A DNA stretch of 63,808 bases, counting the filler, from Octopus bimaculoides (lineage: Eukaryota), in the NCBI RefSeq assembly GCF_001194135.2. It is 6 parts of 5 records of this genome, joined end to end, with 100 filler letters (N's around TTAATTAATTAA, not from the genome) between each part and the next. Parts side by side here need not be neighbours in the genome. Positions count along the whole stretch, not along the records: positions 48,754 to 54,320 come from NC_069006.1; positions 54,421 to 60,272 come from NC_068987.1; positions 60,373 to 63,808 come from NC_068992.1; 3 more parts are not named here. One strand, 5' to 3'. Positions 54,096-63,808 of the stretch are shown here, piece after piece. How positions within the stretch are numbered: the first letter of the stretch is position 1; the number at the start of each line of letters is the position of its first letter. Made by a program: the position numbers and the translations under genes. A model generated the notes under the pieces. That model saw only the letters and a program-made list of their open reading frames with translations, was not told where the DNA came from and ran no database searches.

Positions 54096-54195
54096 ATGGT
54101 GAGCTTGTTGGAAAAGTGCGTAGCGGTATTTTTTTTTCTGGCTCTTTATGTGGTGAGTTCAAAATCCGCCGGAGCCAGCTTTTCCTTTCGTATTT
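54096..54195 (+). mobile_element. SINE family A, decayed 5' part
   Basis: TAGCGGTATTT...GAGTTCAAAATCCGCC. Confidence 0.5.
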
Positions 54196-54252
54196 GCTGC
54201 TAAATTTCGAAAGAATTTTATGTGTTGAAAACACTTTGTTGTATCATCGCTG

Positions 54253-54320
<68 letters not shown>

Positions 54321-54420
54321 NNNNNNNNNNNNNNNNNNNNNNNNNNNNNNNNNNNNNNNNNNNNTTAATTAATTAANNNNNNNNNNNNNNNNNNNNNNNN
54401 NNNNNNNNNNNNNNNNNNNN

Positions 54421-54476
<56 letters not shown>

Positions 54477-54559
54477 TCTATAAATTCCTTTTGCAAAATT
54501 CGTGATGTGAATTCGTGTTTTGGAACAGATATTGTTGTATTTATGGTTGACCTCATCAT

Positions 54560-55415
54560 ACTAATAAAAATGTGTCCTGCATGTGAGATCCTACAGAGTT
54601 AATAGGACACATACAACACTTCGTTCACTGCATGTAGTTCTCAGGTCATAGACATAGAGAAAGGATCAGAGTATATAAAGTAGCCATGAGAAAATTTGAA
54701 ACTATCGTACGTAACGATAGGAATGAGATTTGCCCACTCTATAAGAGCAAGTCATAGAGTACCATTGAAAGGACTAAGAAGAAAATAGGGAAGGCCAACT
54801 CATGGTATGATAGCCACAAATACCAGAGTGTCATGTTCGTCGACACCACCCCTAGAGGCGAACTGATGTACCACTTTAGAAGGGCCCTAGACAGGCTTAA
54901 GCTAAGAATTAAAGTCGTAGAAAAGCCAGGTAACCCTATCAAATCCCTAGTCGGTAGAACCTACCGTTTTAGTAGAACCCCCTGTATTGATTGGAACTGT
55001 ATTTTATGTAGATTTAGCCCACAAACAAACTGTAAAGTTAGGAATGTAGTCAATAATATAAGATGTACAGAGGGATGGTGCAGAAACAACACAAAGACGT
55101 ACTTGGGGAGACAGCACGGTGCACAGGGGAGCGGGTAAATGGACATGGGAGGGAACTTACGGAAGAGAAGAGCTCATAGGTTCTATACCAGCTCTTACGG
55201 AAGAGAAGAGCTCATAGGTTCTATACCAGCACGCCGAGCGGGGACACGGGGGCTCACTCAACAACATAGAAGTTAAAATCTTGTCCAAACATAGAACAGA
55301 CGCAACGCTTAGACAAATTACGGAAGCTACTCACATAATAGAAGATAAATCTAGCCTAAATAGAAAACTAGAATGGAACACTAAGCACACACCCCCAGTA
55401 CACCACAACCTATGA
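54560..55415 (+). mobile_element. Penelope-like retroelement, Naiad-like, decayed RT thumb/linker plus GIY-YIG
   Basis: One frame 54581-55105 reads M*FSGH..ERIRV...PLYKSKS*...SWY..HKYQSVMFVDTTPRGEL...CIDWNCILC...NCKVRNVV..IRC...YLG. A frameshift leads to ETAR..ER, then LRQITEATHI...LNRKLEW, with a stop at 55413-15. The clade call comes from remembered motifs. Confidence 0.8.
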
Positions 55416-55852
55416 CACAATAAGATCCCCATAAACTGATAATAATATGAACATAATACAATAAACGGATAAACAAATGGAATTAAATAATTATATGCAT
55501 AAACAAAGTAAAATGAATTAGATTAAATTGAATAAATAGAAACAAAAGAAAGAAATGAAATAGTAAGTAAATGAAAGCAAATGAATAAAATAAATAAAAG
55601 TAAATTAAACGAACGTGAATAAACAAGGGATACTGACAATGCAGGAACCATAATATTCTCACACACACACTTATTAAACATACTGATAATGCAGGTACCA
55701 TACATATTCCCACACACTTACTAAACATGCACAAATAAAGACACACACAGGGATAGACGCATACGCAAATAAAGACACATACAACAGGAATACAAAATGG
55801 CAGATCGTTAGTTAGGAGAGTCATAAAAACGAAAGAAGAAAGCAAAGGATCA

Positions 55853-55881
55853 CTGATGAGGCCACAGAAATGTGGCGATAC
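55853..55881 (+). ncRNA. Hammerhead-like core (CTGATGA, stem II, GATAC), probably a decayed pLTR ribozyme
   Basis: CTGATGA at 55853-59, perfect stem gccaca/tgtggc with a GAAA tetraloop, GATAC instead of GAAAC. Stems I and III are not evident. Confidence 0.45.
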
Positions 55882-56700
55882 AATTAATTTAAAGTAAAGC
55901 TGAAGCAAGTGAACACCAAATATATAGTGCGTGTGTTTTTCATTGGCCAAACTGGCAACATGACAATCCCCAAATACAACGATATATATATATACATACA
56001 TATACATATATATATACATATATACATACATACATATATATAAATATATATATATANNNNNNNNNNNNNNNNNNNNNNNNNNNNNNNNNNNNNNNNNNNN
56101 NNNNNNNNNNNNNNNNNNNNNNNNNNNNNNNNNNNNNNNNNNNNNNNNNNNNNNNNNNNNNNNNNNNNNNNNNNNNNNNNNNNNNNNNNNNNNNNNNNNN
56201 NNNNNNNNNNNNNNNNNNNNNNNNNNNNNNNNNNNNNNNNNNNNNNNNNNNNNNNNNNNNNNNNNNNNNNNNNNNNNNNNNNNNNNNNNNNNNNNNNNNN
56301 NNNNNNNNNNNNNNNNNNNNNNNNNNNNNNNNNNNNNNNNNNNNNNNNNNNNNNNNNNNNNNNNNNNNNNNNNNNNNNNNNNNNNNNNNNNNNNNNNNNN
56401 NNNNNNNNNNNNNNNNNNNNNNNNNNNNNNNNNNNNNNNNNNNNNNNNNNNNNNNNNNNNNNNNNNNNNNNNNNNNNNNNNNNNNNNNNNNNNNNNNNNN
56501 NNNNNNNNNNNNNNNNNNNNNNNNNNNNNNNNNNNNNNNNNNNNNNNNNNNNNNNNNNNNNNNNNNNNNNNNNNNNNNNNNNNNNNNNNNNNNNNNNNNN
56601 NNNNNNNNNNNNNNNNNNNNNNNNNNNNNNNNNNNNNNNNNNNNNNNNNNNNNNNNNNNNNNNNNNNNNNNNNNNNNNNNNNNNNNNNNNNNNNNNNNNN

Positions 56701-57315
56701 GGTGCAAGAGTCTATATGGCCACTGAGTGGAATTTGGCGGTATTGAGGGAGATTTAATTGTTCTTTATGGACTGCTACTCTTCTACGCAACGGGAGGCTC
56801 GTCTGTCCGATATAGAAGTTTTGGCAACCTGCGCAAGTGAGGACATAAATGAGGTTACCAGAGGAACAAGAGAAATTGGTTTTGACTTTAAACTTTGTTC
56901 TTCGTTTGAAGGTAAATACAGAGCCTTCAAGTAGGTAGGGGCAGGTACCACAATTAGGGCGTGCACATTTTTTAACTGATGGCGGTGGAAATGTTGTATG
57001 TAGTTTTGCATTGGTTAATAGTGTTTTCAAAGATTTGTGTTGCCTTTTCCATTTAAGGACTTTGTGTGTATTGATGATATTGTTCATTTTCGGGTCTGTG
57101 GTGAGTAAAGGGAGGTTTTGTTTGATTGTGGTGTATGCTTCGATGTTTTGGGGGTTGTGGGTGGAGATGTATGGAAGTATTTCGGGTTTGGGTGTGTTAT
57201 TGTGTTGGTTGGTTTTTAGTGTGTTTTTGTCAAGTTCCTTGGCACGTTTTATTCCAAGATCTATGTGTGTGGAAGGATATTGGCGTTGTAATAGTGCTTT
57301 TTTGAGGTCTTCTAT
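56701..57315 (-). mobile_element. Penelope-like retroelement (Neptune-like), linker plus GIY-YIG, runs into a gap
   Basis: EDLKKALLQRQYP...GIKRAKE...LPYISTHNP, then after a frameshift KKCARPNCGTCPYL...CSSGNLIYVLTCAGCQNFYIGQT...RRVAVH...PLSGHIDSC. Confidence 0.92.
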
Positions 57316-57584
57316 AACGTATTGGTATATTTATTTTTTTATATATTATTTTTTTTTATATATTATTTTCTTCATTTTGTACTTCTTTGTAAAAAACATT
57401 TTCATTCTCCTTCTTCTTGAAAATTTGCTTCGCAATGACAGCCGGTTAGAAATCTTTATTAAAATATGCTTCCAGTTTAGCATTCTGCCTTATTTTTCAT
57501 TTTCCTATATATATATATATATATGCATGAGGGTAGTATCTGGTAGCCCGACAAAGATCCTTCTGCAATTTCTCGCTGAACAAT

Positions 57585-57725
57585 CTGTGGTTAGTGTGTT
57601 GCACTCACGATCGCGAAATCTCCCTTTCAATTCTTGGACCGAGTGATACGTTGTGTTCTTGAGCAAAACTTCTCGTCTCAATTGCTTAGCATTCACTTCG
57701 ACACCAGATGTAATGGAGTGAGTGA
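57585..57725 (+). mobile_element. tRNA-derived SINE, family D (CORE-like body), diverged
   Basis: GTGGTTAGTGTGTTGCACTCACGATCG head and TTGTGTTCTTGAGCAAAAC body. Single copy in the window. Confidence 0.5.
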
Positions 57726-57934
57726 GCTAAAAGATAACACATGTATTTGATCATTCTACAAAAATCGTTTGGGCAATGATAATCGAATTACTGTCACAAA
57801 AGCATTTTTCGTACAATGATCAATGGATTGCTTGTACAGAAACAGTCCTCTAAGTAACTCTTCTATCAGTCAATCAATCAATTAATCAATATGTCGTCGG
57901 CACTACTTGTGTCCGAGTTTGGTTCTTCTAGCAC

Positions 57935-58320
57935 CTACATGATGCTTAAATCTGACATGGCTCAGAAGGCCAAGTCGGGAATGGAACCATCTCGTGCATT
58001 GGTCGCATGGCTGGTGTTGCGTAGCCTTCTTTGTGCTTCTAGTTTGGTCTTTCACCTCTCCGTGAAAGTAGAACAGCTGAAATGAATTGCTCTTTGCCAG
58101 GATGGACGGATAGAGGCTTCTGATTTCCAGGCGTTAGGGCTGATTCCGGCTTGACACGGGGATGATTTCAGTTCGTCTTTGAATCTGCGTTTTGCGGTTC
58201 CTCCATGTCGTTTGCTATCGCTGGAAAGAACAGTCTTAAAGAAGCCGTTCGACGGACATGCCCTGACCACCTGAGGCAATGTTTGAGGTTGCCAGCTTCA
58301 ATTCCTGACATTTCTGTGCG
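57935..58320 (-). mobile_element. RTE (BovB-like) LINE 3' end
   Basis: GIEA..LKHCLRWSGHVRR, KRHGGTAKRRFKDELKSS...W..AS.RPSW and RWFHSRLGLLSHVR. Confidence 0.85.
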
Positions 58321-58915
58321 ATGTATGTATGTATGTATGTATGTATGTATGTATATATATATATTTATATACATAGCGTGTGTGATGTCAGCTGTTTGTT
58401 GAAAAATTTCATCTATTCAAATGTGAAAAAAAAACCGGTATGCTTGAGTCTGGCAATTAGACAAATAATAGTTAAGAGTGGCCAAATAAAAGGTTGACCA
58501 ACTTTTCATAGTATAGAATTTGCATATGTGAGTATATATGAGTATGTGTGTGTTTACATGGGTGTGTATGTGTATTTGTGTGTGCGCGCGCATGTGGTGA
58601 ATGTTTAAGAAAAAGATAAATAAGATGGTAGGAGGAGTGAGGAGTATTTCTTTGAGGCAGTTTTGGTGGCATTTTTGTACAATATTTTGAACTGTTTATT
58701 GATTTCTGTGTTTTTAAAGAAATGCTATCTATTTACTGAAAAATTAGGTAAATCACAAAAAGCTTCTGGTTGGTTGCTTTGATGACAAGATATGTGTCCA
58801 GATATGTATGGCTGTTTATTTATTTCAATGAATTGTTGGTTTAATAACTTGCGAGTCACTAAACAGTTGATTGGTTGAAGATATTTTTTGAAGATATCAT
58901 TTACTTTACCCGTTT

Positions 58916-59125
58916 ATCTTTTACTTCATTCAGCCATTGGACTGCAACCATGATGGGGCACCGCCTTGAAGTGTATTTTAGTCGGGCAACTCAACTGCAG
59001 TATCTTCTTCTTAAAGCCTGTTACTTATTGCATCCTCACTAAAACCAAACAGCTAAGTTGTGAGCCTGGAAGCAAATCTACATTGGTTATCAAGCGGTCA
59101 TGTGGGACAAATGCAAACACACACA
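58916..59125 (-). mobile_element. SINE family B, 3' half (diverged)
   Basis: Similar to 42441-42616. Confidence 0.7.
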
Positions 59126-59369
59126 GATATATGCACATACACACATACACAGCTTATCAACTAAAATGGGAATCAGCTCAGAAATCCGACACCCATCTTT
59201 CCATCCTTTCATCCTCCCATTGTCCAATAAGATTGTCTCTATATCCACCTCTAACATGAGCACCACTAGATTCCTCACCTATCACCAGGTAACCCACTTC
59301 ACTTTCTTCTAATCTAACGCTAAACTAATGAGGCTTATAAATTCTATTTTCAACATCTTAAAAAAACAT

Positions 59370-60090
59370 TAATCTCCTTCCTTGAATGTGACTAGATCAC
59401 AATTCCTCACTCTACAAAACGTTAAACAAAATCTTAAATACTTATCTTCAGACAACAGAAGAGAATTCTGTGCGATTGATAAGAATGCGTACGAAAAACT
59501 CTTATTCGAGCACTTAAAGAACACTACATTATATGGAAAATCTAATAATATCACCCCTAGCACGTTTGGAGTTGCAATAAAGATTTACTGGACGAATATC
59601 TATGAAGAGAAAAGACTATCAAACAAGATTAAGCGAAACTTCTTCACAAGAAACAGCATAATTCCACCTTCTATCATCTCAGGAGAACAGATAAACCGGG
59701 ACCGAATTTTAAAATTAGGTCTTTTGTCTCCAATATTAAATCACGTCTTTACAGAATCCCCAAGCTTCTGTCTAGTATTCCCAAGCCACTACTTAGAACA
59801 TTCCCAAGACATATTGGAATCTCAGTCGAAATCATCAGTTGACTGAGAGATCTCATCCTACCCATACTTAGAATGAATAACTTCCCTTTTAACGTAAACG
59901 TTGTTTCTCTGTACATTTCTGTTCCTGCAACCCCATATATTAATTTACTAACACAACCTTAACTGCTTTGCGGTCATTGACTCAGATATCCATGAACGAT
60001 TAGCCATTTTAATGAACAACACCTTCCTCCAGTTTGAAGGTTCTCTTTAGAAGTAAATTTATGGAAACCGATGGGGTCATGTTCTTTAAG
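59370..60090 (+). mobile_element. Penelope-like RT N-terminal fragment, decayed
   Basis: NVTRSQ..L..VKQN, D...YEKLLFEHL...TLY, IRSFVSNI (59714-37), NVVSLYISVP (59897-59926) and NNTFLQFEG...IYG.PMGS. Confidence 0.75.
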
Positions 60091-60205
60091 TTTAATATCC
60101 ATCCAATATATAAACAGGTTAGAAACAAAAAAACACATCTCACTATTATTAATGAGTCCATTTCTTGCTGGACTTTAATTAATAGCCACGTGTTTTTACT
60201 TCTCT

Positions 60206-60263
<58 letters not shown>

Positions 60264-60878
60264 CTGTCAATCNNNNNNNNNNNNNNNNNNNNNNNNNNNN
60301 NNNNNNNNNNNNNNNNTTAATTAATTAANNNNNNNNNNNNNNNNNNNNNNNNNNNNNNNNNNNNNNNNNNNNAAGAGATAGCTATAGATATATACACGCA
60401 TATTATAATTATATGTATAGACATATATGGATATATATATATGTTTATGCGTTTATTTTATGCATGTATATATGCATATGTATTCGTGTGTATGTGTGTG
60501 TGTGTGTATGTGTGTGTGTGTATGTGTGTGTGTGTGTGTATGTGCACTCGCGTGTGTCTGTGGGAGTATGTAGTTTGTGTAATTGTGAGTGCTTGTTTCG
60601 TAGGAGGGATCGCAGGTAGCGGACGAGGTCGCAAATCAAGAAAGACTGCAAAAAGTTAACAAAACTTAGAGAAAGGTGAAGAAATGTCAGCATGATGCAC
60701 AAACACAAATAAAAGAATAGAGGAATGCAAGAATAGGAGAATAGAAACATGCAAGAATACAAGTGGGCGTAAGTGGAGATTATAATTGGGAATAGCTTAA
60801 AGAATGGTGAATGCAAAAGGAAGATATTTAGCTGAGAAATAGCATGTCATGTGTACTTGGTAATTACATCTTCGTGTG

Positions 60879-60939
<61 letters not shown>

Positions 60940-61245
60940 GTGTGTGTGTGTGTGTGCGTGTGCATGCGTGTTTTGTGCGTGTGTTCGTGTGTGCGAATGC
61001 GTGTGTGCAATGCATAACTGCGTACTTTTGTGACGTACGACATCGTTATAAAACGAAACATGATGTATAAAAAATCTGTAATAAAGCGTAGAAAACTGTG
61101 TGAATAAATGTACGTTGCACAAGTCCCTACTTCAACACCAATGTACTTCGATATATTTCTTGTCTGTTGCTGTTCTTTAATGGAAGGCAAAACATGGTTT
61201 TATGCGACAATTGTGGAAATGGTTCACATCGCTTCATATTAAAAG

Positions 61246-61289
<44 letters not shown>

Positions 61290-61299
61290 CATGACTATT

Positions 61300-61337
<38 letters not shown>

Positions 61338-61367
61338 TCTTGTTGTTGTTGTTGCTGTTGTTAATGT

Positions 61368-61570
61368 TGCTAGAATCGTTAGCGCGTCAGGTAATAATGC
61401 TTAGCGGCATTTCATCCGTCTTAACGTTCTGAGTTCACATTCTGCCGAGATCGACTTTGCCTTTCATCCTTTCGGGGTCGATAAATTAAGTACCAGTTGC
61501 GTACTGGGGTCGATCTAATCGACTGGGCCTCTCCACAAAAAAATCGGGCCTTGTGCCTCCAGCAGAGAGG

Positions 61571-61603
<33 letters not shown>
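61368..61603 (+). mobile_element. SINE family A with (TTA)n tail
   Basis: Well-conserved core GCCTTTCATCCTTTCGGGGTCGATAAATTAAGTACCAG. Confidence 0.9.
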
Positions 61604-62040
61604 GTTCAGTTTGTTTTATTTTTATAACGTGCTTTCACTTCACTACCGAGCGCAGCTCTGTGCGCCTTGGGTATGTGCTGTGGTTTGCTGTGGTGCTCTT
61701 ATGTTTACTGTATTGAAAGTGTTTTGCGTAGAATGTGTGCAGTACCCAGTAGTGCAATTTTCTGTATGTTATATATATATATTTGTAAGCCCTGGTGTTC
61801 TATATTTACATTATGTTTCTTCCATATTTTATATGTATGTGTTGTTGCGTTTTCGTTTTTTGGGTAGAGCACTGCTGTGAAATAGGATCGAAATGTATTC
61901 CTCACGTGTCCATTTATGCCGTTTTGGTTTTGTTTGCGGGACATGAGGAACAACATCCGGCCCTTTATTTTGACGGTCATCGTTTTCGTAGGGTACCGGT
62001 TCGTTCATTTCTGTTGTCAGATTGTTTTGCACGTTCATCC
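61604..62040 (-). mobile_element. Internally deleted Dong-type LINE derivative (ORF N-terminus fused to C-terminus plus 3' UTR)
   Basis: ...PKRHKWTREEYISIL...TYKIWKKHN is joined near 61800-61810 to PG-like HQGLQ..YNIQKIALLGTAHILRKTLSIQ*, followed by a 3' UTR and a (TAA)n tail. Confidence 0.75.
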
Positions 62041-62760
62041 ATCTTGGGGTTGATGAAATAAGTACCAGTTACGCACTGGGATCGACATAATCGACTATCC
62101 CCCTACCCCCGCAAATTTCAGGCCTTGTATCTATAGTAGAATGGATTATTACGTCCTGAGTTCAATTGTTACCGAGGTTGTCTTTGCCTTCCATTATTTC
62201 GAGGTCGATAAAATAAGCACCAGCCCACCCCTGAAGTCGATGAATCCAAATAATCCGTTCCCACAAAATTTCAGCCCCTGTGCCTGTAGTAGAAGGGATT
62301 ATAGATTAAATGTTTAGCGGCGTTCCACCCGTCTTTACGTCCAGGGTTCAAATACCTCAAGGGCCGACTTTGTCTTTCATCCTTTCGGGGTCGATAAGTT
62401 AAGTCTCAGTTGATTGCTGGAGGCGATGTAATTGACTTAAGCTGTCTCAAAATTGCTGGTCTCGTGCTTAAGTTTGAAATCACTAATATTATCAAGGCGC
62501 CGACCTGGCAGAATCGTTAGCACGCCGAGTGAAAATACTTAGCGGCATTTCGCCCGTCTTTACGCTCTGAGTTCAAATTCCACTCAGGTATTGGTATTAA
62601 TATCAGTATCATCACCATCGTCCTCTTAATCATCGTCGCCTTTATTTGCCTCGTTTTTGTTCTGAATTCAGCTATCGTTGAGGTGCAATATGCCTTTCGT
62701 CATTATTTTCTCTGCCGATAAAATAAAGAGACACTTAAAAGCTGGGATCGATATAATAGG
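62035..62760 (+). mobile_element. Head-to-tail array of five family A SINE fragments
   Basis: Units at ~62035-62150, 62151-62302, 62308-62492, 62494-62583 and ~62659-62758, all on the + strand and mutually diverged. Confidence 0.85.
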
Positions 62761-63351
62761 CTTTTTTTTTTACTCTCATCCAAATTGAAAGTCTTCTACT
62801 CATTTTAAAATTCATTATTGTTTTATTCTTGTTGTTTTTGCCATGACAACGCATATTTTTCACCGTTCATTCATGGATAAGCTTGTCTAATTATTTTTTT
62901 AGAATGTGCAACATTTTTGTTTTAATTCTCATTGAAAGCTGAATTTCTTTCAAAACCTTGTTTTGTTTTTCGTCCGAATCTGCAGAAACATGTTAAGAAT
63001 GAACATCTAAACAAGCGTTTTGATTCTTGCTGTTAGCCGTGCATATGACGATTTATTAACGGCTGGCAGGTATCCGCACGTATCAGAAAATAATTTGTTT
63101 GCTCATGTTATAAACAAGGGATTCAATCTCTTGTTAAATTCCCTAGTGCAGGATAGCTTTGACTGAGGGGACACAATAATGTCGAGTCAACGTGCGTCCC
63201 AAAATCTCCTTACGCTAATCAATCAAGTGTGTTATGAATACACATTTGTCTGAAAGGAGAAGCCGTTCCTCTACGACGAATTGCAACAACGATTAGCATA
63301 TTCAAGTACAAATCTACCGGAACGTAGTAAGATTGGATACATAGGTTGTTG

Positions 63352-63418
63352 TCTTTTAGTCTCTTTTACTCTTTTACTTGTTTCAGTCATTTGACTGTGG
63401 CCATGCTGGAGCACCGCC
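63352..63418 (-). mobile_element. SINE family B, 3' terminus only
   Basis: CTTTTACTCTTTTACTTGTTTCAGTCATTTGACTGTGGCCATGCTGGAGCACCGCC. Confidence 0.85.
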
Positions 63419-63489
63419 AAACAAACCACATCTTCTACAACATGTATTGAGTACTTCTCATTTGTTTGACATGAAGCAAAGTAGGTATA

Positions 63490-63709
63490 TACAAGGGGTG
63501 CCGAAAACTTTCTGGCTTTAAGGGTATCACGAAAGGTCTGGTTGGAGCCCCGAAATCCCGAGTTCTTTTACAGGGCTTAAAAAACTGAAGGGCCGCTGCA
63601 ATAAGTGTGTGAATCTGAGAGGAGAATATGATGATTAAAATCATAATTAATTGACCCTCTTTGTATTTTCCTTTACCCCAAACCAGGAACTCTTCAGCGT
63701 TCCCTCCTA
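63490..63709 (+). mobile_element. Mariner-derived MITE (~220 bp)
   Basis: Degenerate TIRs tacaaggggtgccgaaaactttctggc and ccaggaactcttcagcgttccctccta with TA ends. Retains a transposase C-terminus, GLKKLKGRCNKCVNLRGEY. Confidence 0.8.
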
Positions 63710-63808
63710 TGCATACCTATATACATACATACATACAGACAGACACACATACTTACGTACAAACATATATATGGATGCATACGTGTATGTATATATATAT
63801 ATATATAT

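Noticed and set aside
55405-55450. Possible SECIS (ATGA...AAA...GA) after the Naiad-like stop
   Set aside because: The spacing between AAA and GA is 2 nt, so helix II cannot form.
55483-57087. 534-aa ORF
   Set aside because: It is held open by an N gap. Only the first ~130 aa (GIY-YIG) are real; the rest is microsatellite and non-coding sequence.

Overview
AT-rich, microsatellite-dense eukaryotic draft sequence with many N gaps. The SINE families and repeat landscape look like a coleoid cephalopod, most likely Octopus; this is recognition from memory, not a database hit. There is no intact protein-coding gene, tRNA, rRNA or CRISPR array, and nearly all long ORFs in the track are microsatellite or N-gap artefacts. 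The window is mostly decayed mobile elements: four Penelope-like (PLE) coding relics (two Neptune-like GIY-YIG copies, one Naiad-like copy, one RT fragment), two hammerhead-ribozyme-like pLTR motifs with core mutations, seven R4/Dong-type LINE fragments, RTE LINE ends, mariner/Tigger/hAT/EnSpm-type DNA elements and about 25 tRNA-derived SINE copies. The best-supported recurring pattern is that Dong-type LINEs sit antisense in the (TTA)n tails of one SINE family three times. One of these has a 92-bp flanking direct repeat and another is a 5'/3' fused mini-element. Weaker leads are a pre-miRNA-like hairpin, an inverted SINE pair and a set of phase-compatible candidate host exons. SINE family letters (A, B, C, D, F) are my own labels for this window.
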